This document shows positions 27,808-39,745 of a DNA stretch of 64,000 nucleotides, one piece after another; positions within the stretch are counted from its first letter, which is position 1, and each line of letters opens with the position of its first letter. The stretch is from assembly GCA_951406725.2 (NCBI GenBank), contig OX597834.1, positions 42,718,001 through 42,782,000 on the forward strand. Reading direction: 5' to 3'. The position numbers were made by a program, and so were the translations under genes. This DNA comes from Octopus vulgaris (lineage: Eukaryota). The notes beneath the pieces are model-generated. The model was not told the DNA's origin. It worked only from the letters and a program-made list of their open reading frames with translations, and made no database searches.

Positions 27808-28239
27808 GGTGTGAGAGGATAGTTAAGTAATAGTTAATTTAGATAAGATATAAAGTAGAGAGTGAGGTGGAGGAAATAAAATAGATGTGAAATATCTAGG
27901 GATATTGAATTTGTAGATCCATTTTATACGCATAATGGAAGTTTATGTTGTGATATTGCGTATGAAAGATTACAGTTTTGAAAGGTGATGTATATGTATA
28001 TATATATCCGAGGTAAGCATAGTCACTTTCTAATGAACGCCTTACATTTTTGTTCAATGATTTGAAATCGTGACAATGCTACCTTGTATATATTAAAAGT
28101 GGCTACGAAAGTCGCGGATACAAGCCGAACTGCAAGCACCAAATTTTATCTCTCCTGATGACACCATGCACTTGCTGGCTTCCGGTGTGCGGAGCTCTCG
28201 ACTGGCAGCACTTGCATGTGCAAGAAGCGTGCAAGACAT

Positions 28240-28671
28240 ATGATTGAAAAAAAAATAGAGTCGACAAGAAGGAGTTCGTTTAGACGGCTATTTAATAAAC
28301 ACTACAGATGTTTCGATACAGCATAGATCCATATATACACAGGATTTAAATTAAGCAAGGGTTTACCTGTATAATGGGACCCAGTTGTATCCCCTCAGGG
28401 GATATATAATCACCGATAAGTGCCAACGCACGAAACTCCCTGACCTTGAGTCACTCTGTTGCTTTCGCTAGATATTAATATATGTGTACACGCACACATA
28501 TACACACACATACACACACTTACACACGCATACACACACATATATATATACACACACACACGCGCGCATATATATATATACACACACACGCATATATATA
28601 TATATATATATATATACACACGCACATACACACGCATATATATATATACACACGCACATACACACACACAC

Positions 28672-28708
<37 letters not shown>

Positions 28709-29212
28709 CGCACATACACACGCATATATATATATATATATATATACATACACACGCACACATATATACGCACACATGTTTGCGAAATAGTAAAGTTTAG
28801 CCTGATCGACTTAACACGTGAAAGAAAGTGGACAGCCAACGTATAGAACGCTGCTCAGGTGGAGCGTGCAGCGGTACGTTGACAGCGAGGACAGCCAATG
28901 TATAGAATGGTGCTCATGTGGAGCGTGCCGCAGCACGTTGACACCGAGCGCAATGTTAACTGCCAGCGTCTACTGGATTCAAAACAGTCAGTTGGATGTG
29001 TTAGCATCGGAGACAAAGATTTACTTACGGGGGACGGTGATTATATATCACCTGTGGAGATACAACTGGATCCTATTACACAGGTAAACCGTTGCTTTAT
29101 TTAAATCCTGTGTATATATATGTGGATCTATGTTGCATCGAAACATCTCTAGTGTTTGCTAAATTACAGTCTAAACGCATACCTTCTTGTTGACACTAAT
29201 TTATCAATTATA
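28240..29212. mobile_element. Inverted pair of Penelope-like pLTR fragments, each with a long-stem-II hammerhead
   Basis: 28240-28415 is a diverged reverse complement of 29036-29212; hammerhead cores at 28300-28400 (-) and 29049-29154 (+). Confidence 0.7.
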
Positions 29213-29445
29213 TTTTCACACACGATGAATGCCTTAAGACTACGATTGCAAGTAGACCGAAATAATTCCGGCTATTTAGTAATTCTAAGGGTGAACGAGC
29301 CCTATTTTGCTCTCTGATACATTCCTAACGGAATACACCCTAACTATATATGCTTCTGCTAGATATCAATAAAAATATGCATATAATCATATTTTGAGTT
29401 CTATATTTCATGTTTGCTCCAACATACCTGTGTGTGTGTGTATAT

Positions 29446-29502
<57 letters not shown>

Positions 29503-29507
29503 TATAT

Positions 29508-29560
<53 letters not shown>

Positions 29561-29805
29561 TATATATATGATTTTATTCACCTTACTTGCAGTGTGCGGA
29601 TAATACCGGACTGACTTGGTGCCTCAACTTAAGTACCTAAATCAACTGAATCTTAATTATGGTTATATATATATAGTGTGTGTGTGTGTGTGTAAAAATA
29701 CGAAGACTAAGTGTAGGGCTTTTCATAGAATAAAAGAGAAAGTGATGGTAATGATGCTGATAAGGATGATGGGGATACACAGGACGGCGTATTAAGGATA
29801 GATAC

Positions 29806-30553
29806 AAAACGGTTACAATTTCTGTGGAGGTTTACTTAAATAGGCTCAGGATGGGGAAGAGAAGGAACGACGAAGACAAAAAATATATAAAAATGTATGT
29901 AAATGCATGAATAATACACATAATCACCCTGGTTTAAGGGAGGCCCCCACCCAACCAACGAATCTAACTGAAGATTGAAATCACTCTGACCAGTAGAAGC
30001 AAGTCTCCTCTCTCAGCTGATGTTCTTCGACCTGCGGACGCATTCCTATTGTTATTCTATTTACTCTTACAATTTTCTCAGCAGTCACCCATATTTTGAC
30101 GGAAACCACTGGAATGTTCATTACGGTTCAGCGAATACACCTTCTTTTGGACTTCCATTAAACCTTCAAATGTATTTTTCTTTTTTTTTTTTTTATCAAA
30201 ACCCATTTGTGTATGAAAGTAAGGGTGAAGCTATAAGCGTTTTCCTCCAGTGGTTTCCGTCAAAATATGGGTGACTGCTGAGAAAATTGTAAGAGTAAAT
30301 AGAATAACAATAGGAATGCGTCCGCAGGTCGAAGAACATCAGCTGAGAGAGGAGACTTGCTTCTACTGGTCAGAGTGATTTCAATCTTCAGTTAGATTCG
30401 TTGGTTGGGTGGGGGCCTCCCTTAAACCAGGGTGACTATGTGTATTATTCATGCATTTACATACATTTTTATATATTTTTTGTCTTCGTCGTTCCTTCTC
30501 TTCCCCATCCTGAGCCTATTTAAGTAAACCTCCACAGAAATTGTAACCGTTTT
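29806..30553. repeat. Near-perfect foldback with 308-bp arms and a 132-bp spacer
   Basis: 29806-30113 is the reverse complement of 30246-30553; one mismatch seen (ATAATCACCC vs GGGTGACTAT). Confidence 0.95.
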
Positions 30554-32451
30554 AGAACTTCCAACTGCTAAATCTCGCCCCTAATAAAATATCCGCCTAA
30601 TCCCCTGTCAGTATAGAAAAATACACAAAGGACAAGTTTATAAATATGGAAATAAAGTAAATATACAGGTAAATATATATACACTTACCTAAATATGGCC
30701 GGTTGATCAACATCCAGGGAAAAGACAGAGATGAGAGAGGAGAATATAAATGAGAAGAGGGTGAAGGAGAAATGTTGTTCTTCCTATCCATCTTTCGGGC
30801 ATCTTCTTCTGCAGGAGTTGAAAATTCTACTGCCTTTGAAGATTGTTATTATCCTCCTTGTAAAAAGAGTTATTCAACGGTTGACTACTTTAAACCTAGA
30901 TTTCTGTACCTTCCAAACGGAAGAGCATCACTGTGTGCCTGTCAAGTGGCCTAGCTTCACGGCTGCTATGTCAGTTTGTTTCTTTATTACCCATAAAAGG
31001 CGTGCAGAGATGGGGACAGCACTACATGATTTGGGGTCATGTTAAACGAATGGTCAATGTTAAAAATTTACACGAATAAAACGAATATAACAATTTACGC
31101 TACAAACACAAAGGGACACATGAAGCTAAAACGACAGGTTTACCGGCCCCACGAGCCCTGTCTTATTAGCTGACACTTTATGGTACTCCTTATAGCGTGT
31201 TCACGCAGGGCCTTTCATACCCAGCATTCTTGCGACACGCATCCATCTTTTTTGGAACATGCATTCTGACAGACACCTCCTTTCTAGCCCGACCTTTTTT
31301 TTAGGTGAAACTTGAAGAAGTTCAATAAGGCGAGGCTAGGGGTCATGGTGTCTGTCCTTATACCTTTCATTCTTGTCCCCTCTGTGTTTAGCCCCTTGTG
31401 GGTAGTAAAGAAGTAGGTATCTTTTCAGGGTCGATAAATTAAGTACCAATTGCGTAATAGGGTCGATCTAATCGACTGGTCCCCTCCCCCAAAGTTTGAA
31501 AGTCAGCAAGAAGTTGTGACTCCTTACAACCTCACTTGTTACACCTGCACCCATTTATTCCCATACTTCTTCAGGTCGGTGACCCACCATGTTTATAGTC
31601 CTAGTAACTGATATAAAAGAAAGGGGCTTCTTTCAGTTTCCGTCTACCAAATCCACTTGGATTTGCTTGGCCCAAGGCTATAAGAAAACTCTTTGAATCG
31701 AACCCAGGACCTGGTGTTTGGAAACAATGAATTCTTCGACAAAATCCCTCCCGATGATTTGTACCGTCTACAACCCCACTTATTTACACGTGCACACATT
31801 TATTCCCATACGCACATACACATATGCACACGTGTGTGTGTGTGTGTGTGTGTGTGCGCGTATCCTTGTGGCTGTTGTCCTTCAACATCTTCCATCACCG
31901 CTGTTGGTGCGTTTCTGTCCTCGTAACCTAGTGATTCATACAGTAAGTACTGGGGTCAATTTATTCGACTAAAAATGCTTCAGGTCGGTACCTTATGATG
32001 GCTGTAGTCTAAAGAAACGATGGGCTTCTATCGGGCTTCTTTCAGTTTCCGTCTACCATATCCACTTGGTTTTGTTTGGCTCAAGGTTATAGGAAAACTC
32101 TTGGAATTGAACCAAGGACCAAGTGGTAACCCTGAACCATGTGGTTGGAAAGCAAGGTTCTTAGCGCATAACCACGCCTGCACCTATGCATACTGGCACA
32201 AATACATCCCCCCCACTCACGTGCACACACATGCACACACACGCGCATGCACACACACGCGCATGCACACACACACGCGCATGCACACACACACACGCGC
32301 ATGCACACACGCGCATGCACACACACACACACACACGCACACACACACACACACACACACACTCGTGCACTCACAGAAGTATATGTGTGTATTTAATGTG
32401 TGTGTGTGTGTGTGTGTGTGTGCATGTGTGTGTGTGTGTGCATGTGTGTGT

Positions 32452-32487
<36 letters not shown>

Positions 32488-32489
32488 AC

Positions 32490-33480
32490 AAAATTCATAA
32501 AACAAATTGTCACTTTAAAAATTTATTTCAATATAAAAATGGTTTCTGGTACACAAAAAACAAATCATTTATTTTCTGCAAAACATATAAAAACGGTGGT
32601 TTCTTGGCCCGCGATTTATAAGTAGAAGACTCTTGGGATTGAACCTGGAACCTTGTGGCTGGAAAGCAATCTTCTTAGCGCATAACCATGCCTGCGCCTG
32701 TGCATAGTGGTACAAATACGTCCTAAAACAATTCATAAAAAATCCTCTAACTAAAATACAAATTCAAACAAATTATCACTTTAAAAACTTTATTTTAATA
32801 TAAAAATGGTTTCTGGTACAAAAAAAATCATTTCTTTATTTTCTGCAAAATATATAAAAATGGTGGTTTCTTGGCCCGTGGTTTATAAGTAGAAGACTCT
32901 TGGGATTGAACCTGGAACCTTGTGGCTGGAAAGCAATCTTCTTAGCGCATAACCATGCCTGCGCCTGTGCATAGTGGTACAAATACGTCCTAAAACAATT
33001 CATAAAAAAATCCTCTAACTAAAATACAAATTCAAACAAATTATCACTTTAAAAACTTTATTTTAATATAAAAATGGTTTCTGGTACAAAAAAAAATCAT
33101 TTCTTTATTTTCTGCAAAATATATAAAAATGGTGGTTTCTTGGCCCGTGGTTTATAAGTAGAAGACTCTTGGGATTGAACCTGGAACCTTGTGGCTGGAA
33201 AGCAATCTTCTTAGCGCATAACCATGCCTGCGCCTGTGCATAGTGGTACAAATACGTCCTAAAACAATTCATAAAAAAATCCTCTAACTAAAATACAAAT
33301 TCAAACAAATTATCACTTTAAAAACTTTATTCTTTATTTTCTGCAAAATATATAAAAATGGTGGTTTCTTGGCCCGCGGTTTATAAGTAGAAAACTTTTG
33401 GGATTGAACCTGGAACCTTGTGGCTGGAAAGCAACCTTCTTTTTGGCTGGAAAGCAATCTTCTTGTGGCTGGAAAGCAGC
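32490..33480. repeat. ~268-bp tandem repeat (about 4 copies), each containing a reverse-strand SINE-B head
   Basis: GAACCTGGAACCTTGTGGCTGGAAAGC at 32641, 32908, 33177 and 33407. Confidence 0.9.
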
Positions 33481-33522
33481 AATCTTCTTTTCTGTAATAA
33501 AATATAAAATGGTGGTTTCTGG

Positions 33523-34210
33523 TTGGAACCTCCAGGTTTCCTGCACTGAAATGGCCTGGTTAAGAGTCTATCCGGTAAACCGTGGCACCTTCCGGACACC
33601 ATGCAACTATGTTATGACACCAACCAGCATGTTGCAGCGGGCATTTAAAGACTCAAAGGTTCATAAAACCGACAAATCTTCCAACGATACTTTTCTTTGT
33701 ATCAAGTTGTATATGAAGATAAAAATAGAATACCTAATTTAATTATGACGTAATAATGTTATGCAAATGGCTGTAGATGCCTGAATCGAATCGAGAATGT
33801 GTGTGTGTGTGTGTGTGTGTGTGTTTGGAACCTCCAGGTTTCCTGCACTGAAATGGCCTGGTTAAGAGTCTATCCGGTAAACCGTGGCACCTTCCGGACA
33901 CCATGCAACTATGTTATGACACCAACCAGCATGTTGCAGCGGGCATTTAAAGACTCAAAGGTTCATAAGACAAATCTTCCAACGATACTTTTCTTTGTAT
34001 CAAGTTGTATATGAAGATAAAAATAGAATACCTAATTTAATTATGACGTAATAATGTTATGCAAATGGCTGTAGATGCCTGAATCGAATCGAGAATGTGT
34101 GTGTGTGTGTGTGTGTGTGTTGAGACCTAATCCATTCTTTATTCAAATTAATTCATGACGTAATAATGTTATGCAAATGGCTGTAGATGCCTGAATCGAA
34201 TCGAATCGAG
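33523..34210. repeat. 302-bp tandem duplication plus a partial third copy
   Basis: TTGGAACCTCCAGG at 33523 and 33825; TGACGTAATAATGTTATGCAAAT at 33746, 34044 and 34156. Confidence 0.9.
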
Positions 34211-35774
34211 GAACTATCTTCCTCTTGCGGTTTCCTAGTACCTAACAAATGTCCCTATCAATCACATTTTGTGATTTGACCACCCAACCGTACTCCGTGC
34301 CGGCTGGCTAACGATGAATCGACCGCCACCACCCTACGGAACCAAAACGACCATCGGAAGAATCATAAGCAGCTAGTCACGAATGGGCTGAGCAGCATCT
34401 AAAATAAAGTTAAGGGATGGAATCTACGGAAAATTGAAAAAAAACCTAGCTCCTACTCCTTAGGAACTACTGGATTCTTACTCTAGGTAACTAAGGGTTA
34501 CCGCTTGAGTATGCATAGCTCCGAAGACCCGATACCGGCTACTACAAGAAATGCATGTACTGGCTGTATCTGTGTTTGTGTATTTGCGTTTGCATGTCTA
34601 GTAGAATAAAATGCTTAATGCTTACCTCTTGTAGATGTCGGTTTAATATCTCAATGCAAAACGGATTATCGACAAGAGTGTCTTATAAATCCGATGTTGG
34701 TGTCTGCCGAAGCATTGACGATATGAAGAGAAGCCGCTCTGTGCCTTCTATTTATAACAAAATTTGGCAATTATGACATCATTATAATGACGTCATAATG
34801 AACAATATCAACATTTTAAATCTAAATATCCAAAGAAAAAAAAAATTACCCCCTTTTTTGCCCCTCTTTCCTTGTTTAAGTTGAAAAAACATCATCATTG
34901 AAGTGACGTCATAATGAAATATTTTGCGAAATTTCCAAAATGTCTTCCTTCATGAAAATAATTGAATTTCAAAAATTATTTTAGTTATTTGATGTTATGA
35001 AAATATTTATTTAAAAAACCAAAAAACCAAAATACTACAATTGATAATATTAATAATAATCATAATAATAAAGATCTTTGATTTAAGTACAGGGTAGAAA
35101 ATGTAAGGGTGTGAGCTTAGTTGTGGGGCACCGCCCTGGGATGTTTTTAGTCGAACGAATCAGCCCCAGTGCATATTATTTTAAGCCTGGTATTCATTGT
35201 ATCAGTTTATTTTGCCTTTCCCTTGGGTGACACTTGTAGCATGAAGAGGGGAGGCTGGTATGCATGGGCGACTGCTAGCCTTCCATAAACAACCTTGCCC
35301 GGACCTGTGCTTCGGAGGGTAACTTTCTAGGTGCAATCCCATGGTCATTCGTGAACGAAGGGGCTCTCCGATTTTACCGAACCGCTATCTATCTATCCAT
35401 CTATCTATCTATCTATCTATGTATATTTATGTGTATGCATGCTTATATCTATAAGTATATATGTATGTCTTAATATATATATATGTTTGCATGTTTATGT
35501 TTATATACATATATATGTATGTATGTAAATAAATGTATTTGTGTATATATGTTTATATATATACATGTATGTGTGTATGTTTATATAGTCTGCATACAAA
35601 AGTTTCAGTAGGAGAATGGGGCTCGTGGGGTCGGAGCGTAAGCCTTCTGTCTGCTTCATCTCATGTTTGTATTTCGTCCTTGTTGTATCTCATTCGATTT
35701 CATTCGATTTCATTATATTTTGTAAAATTTTAAAAGTCATATAATCATTGTGTGTCTGACCCCAATCAGGCTGT

Positions 35775-37260
35775 ATTGTCCCCCTCTATGTTTTGGGCCC
35801 TTGTGGCTAATAAAGAAACCGAGAGGCGCATGCAGCCATTCATAACCCCATTATTGTATAACCATCTCATCATATTCGTTCTATGTATTGTCCCCTCTGT
35901 GGCGTCCCGTCTATCCTTGTTTGTCCCCCTCTATATTTGGGCCCTTGTGGCTAATAAAGAAGCCGAGGGGCGCATGCAGCCATTCATAACCCCATTATTG
36001 TATAACCATCTCATCATATTCGTTCTATGTATTGTCCCCTCTGTGGTGTCCTGTCTGTCCTTGTTTGTTCCCCTCTATATTTGGGCCCTTGTGGCTAATA
36101 AAGAAACCGAGGGGCGCATGCAGCCATTCATAACCCCATTATTGTATAACCATCTCATCATATTCGTTCTATGTATTGTCCCCTCTGTGGTGTCCTGTCT
36201 GTCCTTGTTTGTCCCCCTCTATGTTTGGGCCCTTGTGGCTAATAAAGAAACCGAGAGGCGCATGCAGCCATTCATAACCCCATTATTGTATAACCATCTC
36301 ATCATATTCGTTCTATGTATTGTCCCCTCTGTGGTATCCTGTCTGTCCTTGTTTGTCCCCCTCTATGTTTGGGCCCTTGTGGCTAATAAAGAAACCGAGG
36401 GGCGCATGCAGCCATTCATAACCCCATTATTGTATAACCATCTCCTCATATTCGTTCTATGTATTGTCCCCTCTGTGGTGTCCTGTCTGTCCTTGTTTGT
36501 CCCCCTCTATGTTTGGGCCCTTGTGGCTAATAAAGAAACCGAGGGGCGCATGCAGCCATTCATAACCCCATTATTGTATAACCATCTCATCATATTCGTT
36601 CTATGTATTGTCCCCTCTGTGGTATCCTGTCTGTCCTTGTTTGTCCCCCTCTATGTTTGGGCCCTTGTGGCTAATAAAGAAACCGAGAGGCGCATGCAGC
36701 CATTCATAACCCCATTATTGTATAACCATCTCATCATATTCGTTCTATGTATTGTCCCCTCTGTGGTGTCCTGTCTGTCCTTGTTTGTCCCCCTCTATGT
36801 TTGGGCCCTTGTGGCTAATAAAGAAACCGAGGGGCGCATGCAGCCATTCATAACCCCATTATTGTATAACCATCTCATCATATTCGTTCTATGTATTGTC
36901 CCCTCTGTGGTATCCTGTCTGTCCTTGTTTGTCACCCTCTATGTTTGGGCCCTTGTGGCTAATAAAGAAACCGAGAGGCGCATGCAGCCATTCATAACCC
37001 CATTATTGTATAACCATCTCATCATATTCGTTCTATGTATTGTCCCCTCTGTGGTATCCTGTCTGTCCTTGTTTGTCCCCCTCTATGTTTGGGCCCTTGT
37101 GGCTAATAAAGAAACCGAGAGGCGCATGCAGCCATTCATAACCCCATTATTGTATAACCATCTCATCATATTCGTTCTATGTATTGTCCCCTCTGTGGTG
37201 TCCTGTCTGTCCTTGTTTGTCCCCCTCTATGTTTTGGGCCCTTGTGGCTAATAAAGAAAT
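35775..37260 (+). repeat. 144-bp tandem array, 10 units (LINE/SINE 3'-tail derived)
   Basis: GGGCCCTTGTGGCTAATAAAGAAA at 35795, 35939, ... 37091 and 37236. Confidence 0.95.
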
Positions 37261-37529
37261 TGTATGTTTATATATAAGTATATATATGTAGTTATGTATG
37301 TTTATTTATGTATGTATGCATGTATGTATGTTTGTGTGTGTATGTATATGTATATATGTATATGTCTGTGTGTGTATATATATATATATGTTTGTATATA
37401 TTTATATAACGAACGAATATATCTAACAAGTCTATATATATATGTAGGTCTGTGTTGGATGTTTAAATATATTTGTACGTTTTGTTCCGTTTAAATTTAA
37501 TCCCAATTTTTCAGAACAATTTTATTAAA

Positions 37530-37957
37530 TCAGTCAAATCGCTCATTGTTTATGACTTCTTGCCAAAGATCAGCGAACACATCAATGCTTTGACCGTACG
37601 AATTATCGGGTCGTGACTCGGAGGAGTCATCGGGCCACATTTTCAGCTGTGCGTCCTTGTTGAATGAAACACCTCGTAAAATTGTTTGAGAGCGACTAAG
37701 AAACGAAATAATCTGAAGGTACTATATGTCAGGGATATTGTAAGGGCGGTAGAATTTCCCAGCCGAGCTCCTGAACGGCGATTTTGTTCGTTTTAGCGAT
37801 AGATATGCGATTATTATCGTGTTCAAGAAGTAGACTATGTCCGGTCGAGACGTTTGGACCTTAAACCTCGGGTGAAGCTAACGCCTGATGGCCGACAGGG
37901 TCGTCAGGGATTCCCATCTTTTGGCTCTATTTCTTAGTGTATTGCTCCGAATCATGG
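37530..37957 (-). pseudogene. Mariner (Tc1/mariner) transposase C-terminal remnant, duplicated copy
   Basis: The minus strand translates, with frameshifts, to GWEILP...PSDYF...SLSNN.LRGVSFNKDAQLKMW...LWQEVINNE, matching the mariner motif WEVLPHPPYSPDLAPSDY and the C-terminus. Confidence 0.85.
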
Positions 37958-38561
37958 TGGGATGTTTTTAGTCGATTGAATCGGCCCCACTACATATTAT
38001 TTTAAGCCTGGTATTTATTGTATCAGTTTATTTTGCTTTTCCTTTGGATAACATCGTTGAGCTGGAGAGGGGAGGCTGGTATGCATGGGCGACTGCTAGT
38101 CTTCCATAAACAACCTTGCCCGGACCTGTGCTTCGGAGGGTAACTTTCTAGGTGCAATCCCATGGTCATTCGTGAACGAAGGGGCTCTCCGATTTTACCG
38201 AACCGCTATCTATCTATCTATGTTTATGTGTATGCATGCTTATATCTATAAGTATATATGTATGTCTTAATATATATATATGTTTGCATGTTTATGTTTA
38301 TATACATATATATGTATGTATGTAAATAAATGTATTTGTGTATATATGTTAATATATATACATGTATGTGTGTATGTTTATATAGTCTGCATACAAAAGT
38401 TTCAGTAGGAGAGTGGGGCTCGTGGGGTCGGAGCGTAAGCCATCTGTCTGCTTCATCTCATGTTTGTATTTCGTCCTTGTTGTATCTCATTCGATTTCAT
38501 TATATTTTGTAAAATTTTAAAAGTCATATAATCATTGTGTGTCTGACCCCAATCAGGCTGT

Positions 38562-39476
38562 ATTGTCCCCCTCTATGTTTTGGGCCCTTGTGGCTAATAA
38601 AGAAACCGAGAGGCGCATGCAGCCATTCATAACCCCATTATTGTATAACCATCTCATCATATTCGTTCTATGTATTGTCCCCTCTGTGGCGTCCCGTCTA
38701 TCCTTGTTTGTCCCCCTCTATATTTGGGCCCTTGTGGCTAATAAAGAAACCGAGAGGCGCATGCAGCCATTCATAACCCCATTATTGTATAACCATCTCA
38801 TCATATTCGTTCTATGTATTGTCCCCTCTGTGGTGTCCTGTCTGTCCTTGTTTGTCCCCCTCTATGTTTGGGCCCTTGTGGCTAATAAAGAAACCGAGGG
38901 GCGCATGCAGCCATTCATAACCCCATTATTGTATAACCATCTCATCATATTCGTTCTATGTATTGTCCCCTCTGTGGTGTCCTGTCTGTCCTTGTTTTTG
39001 TCCCCCTCTATGTTTGGGCCCTTGTGGCTAATAAAGAAACCGAGAGGCGCAAGCAGCCATTCATAACCCCATTATTGTATAACCATCTCATCATATTCGT
39101 TCTATGTATTGTCCCCTCTGTGGTGTCCTGTCTGTCCTTGTTTTTGTCCCCCTCTATGTTTGGGCCCTTGTGGCTAATAAAGAAACCGAGAGGCGCATGC
39201 AGCCATTCATAACCCCATTATTGTATAACCATCTCATCATATTCGTTCTATGTATTGTCCCCTCTGTGGTGTCCTGTCTGTCCTTGTTTGTCCCCCTCTA
39301 TGTTTGGGCCCTTGTGGCTAATAAAGAAACCGAGAGGGCGCATGCAGCCATTCATAACCCCATTATTGTATAACCATCTCATCATATTCGTTCTATGTAT
39401 TGTCCCCTCTGTGGTGTCCTGTCTGTCCTTGTTTGTCCCCCTCTATGTTTTGGGCCCTTGTGGCTAATAAAGAAAT
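38562..39476 (+). repeat. 144-146-bp tandem array, 6 units
   Basis: Same unit as 35775-37260, with 1-2 bp indels in several units. Confidence 0.95.
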
Positions 39477-39745
39477 TGTATGTTTATATATAAGTATATA
39501 TATGTATTTATGTATGTTTATTTATGTATGTATGCATGTATGTATGTTTGTGTGTGTATGTATATGTATATATATATATGTCTGTGTGTGTATATATATA
39601 TATATGTTTGTATATATTTATATAACGAACGAATATATCTAACAAGTCTATATATATATGTAGGTCTGTGTTGGATTTTTAAATATATTTGTACGTTTTG
39701 TTCCGTTTAAATTTAATCCCAATTTTTCAGAACAATTTTATTAAA

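Noticed and set aside
28152-28196. CTGATGA followed by a CACC/GGTG stem
   Set aside because: Lacks the GAAA and NUH half of a hammerhead.
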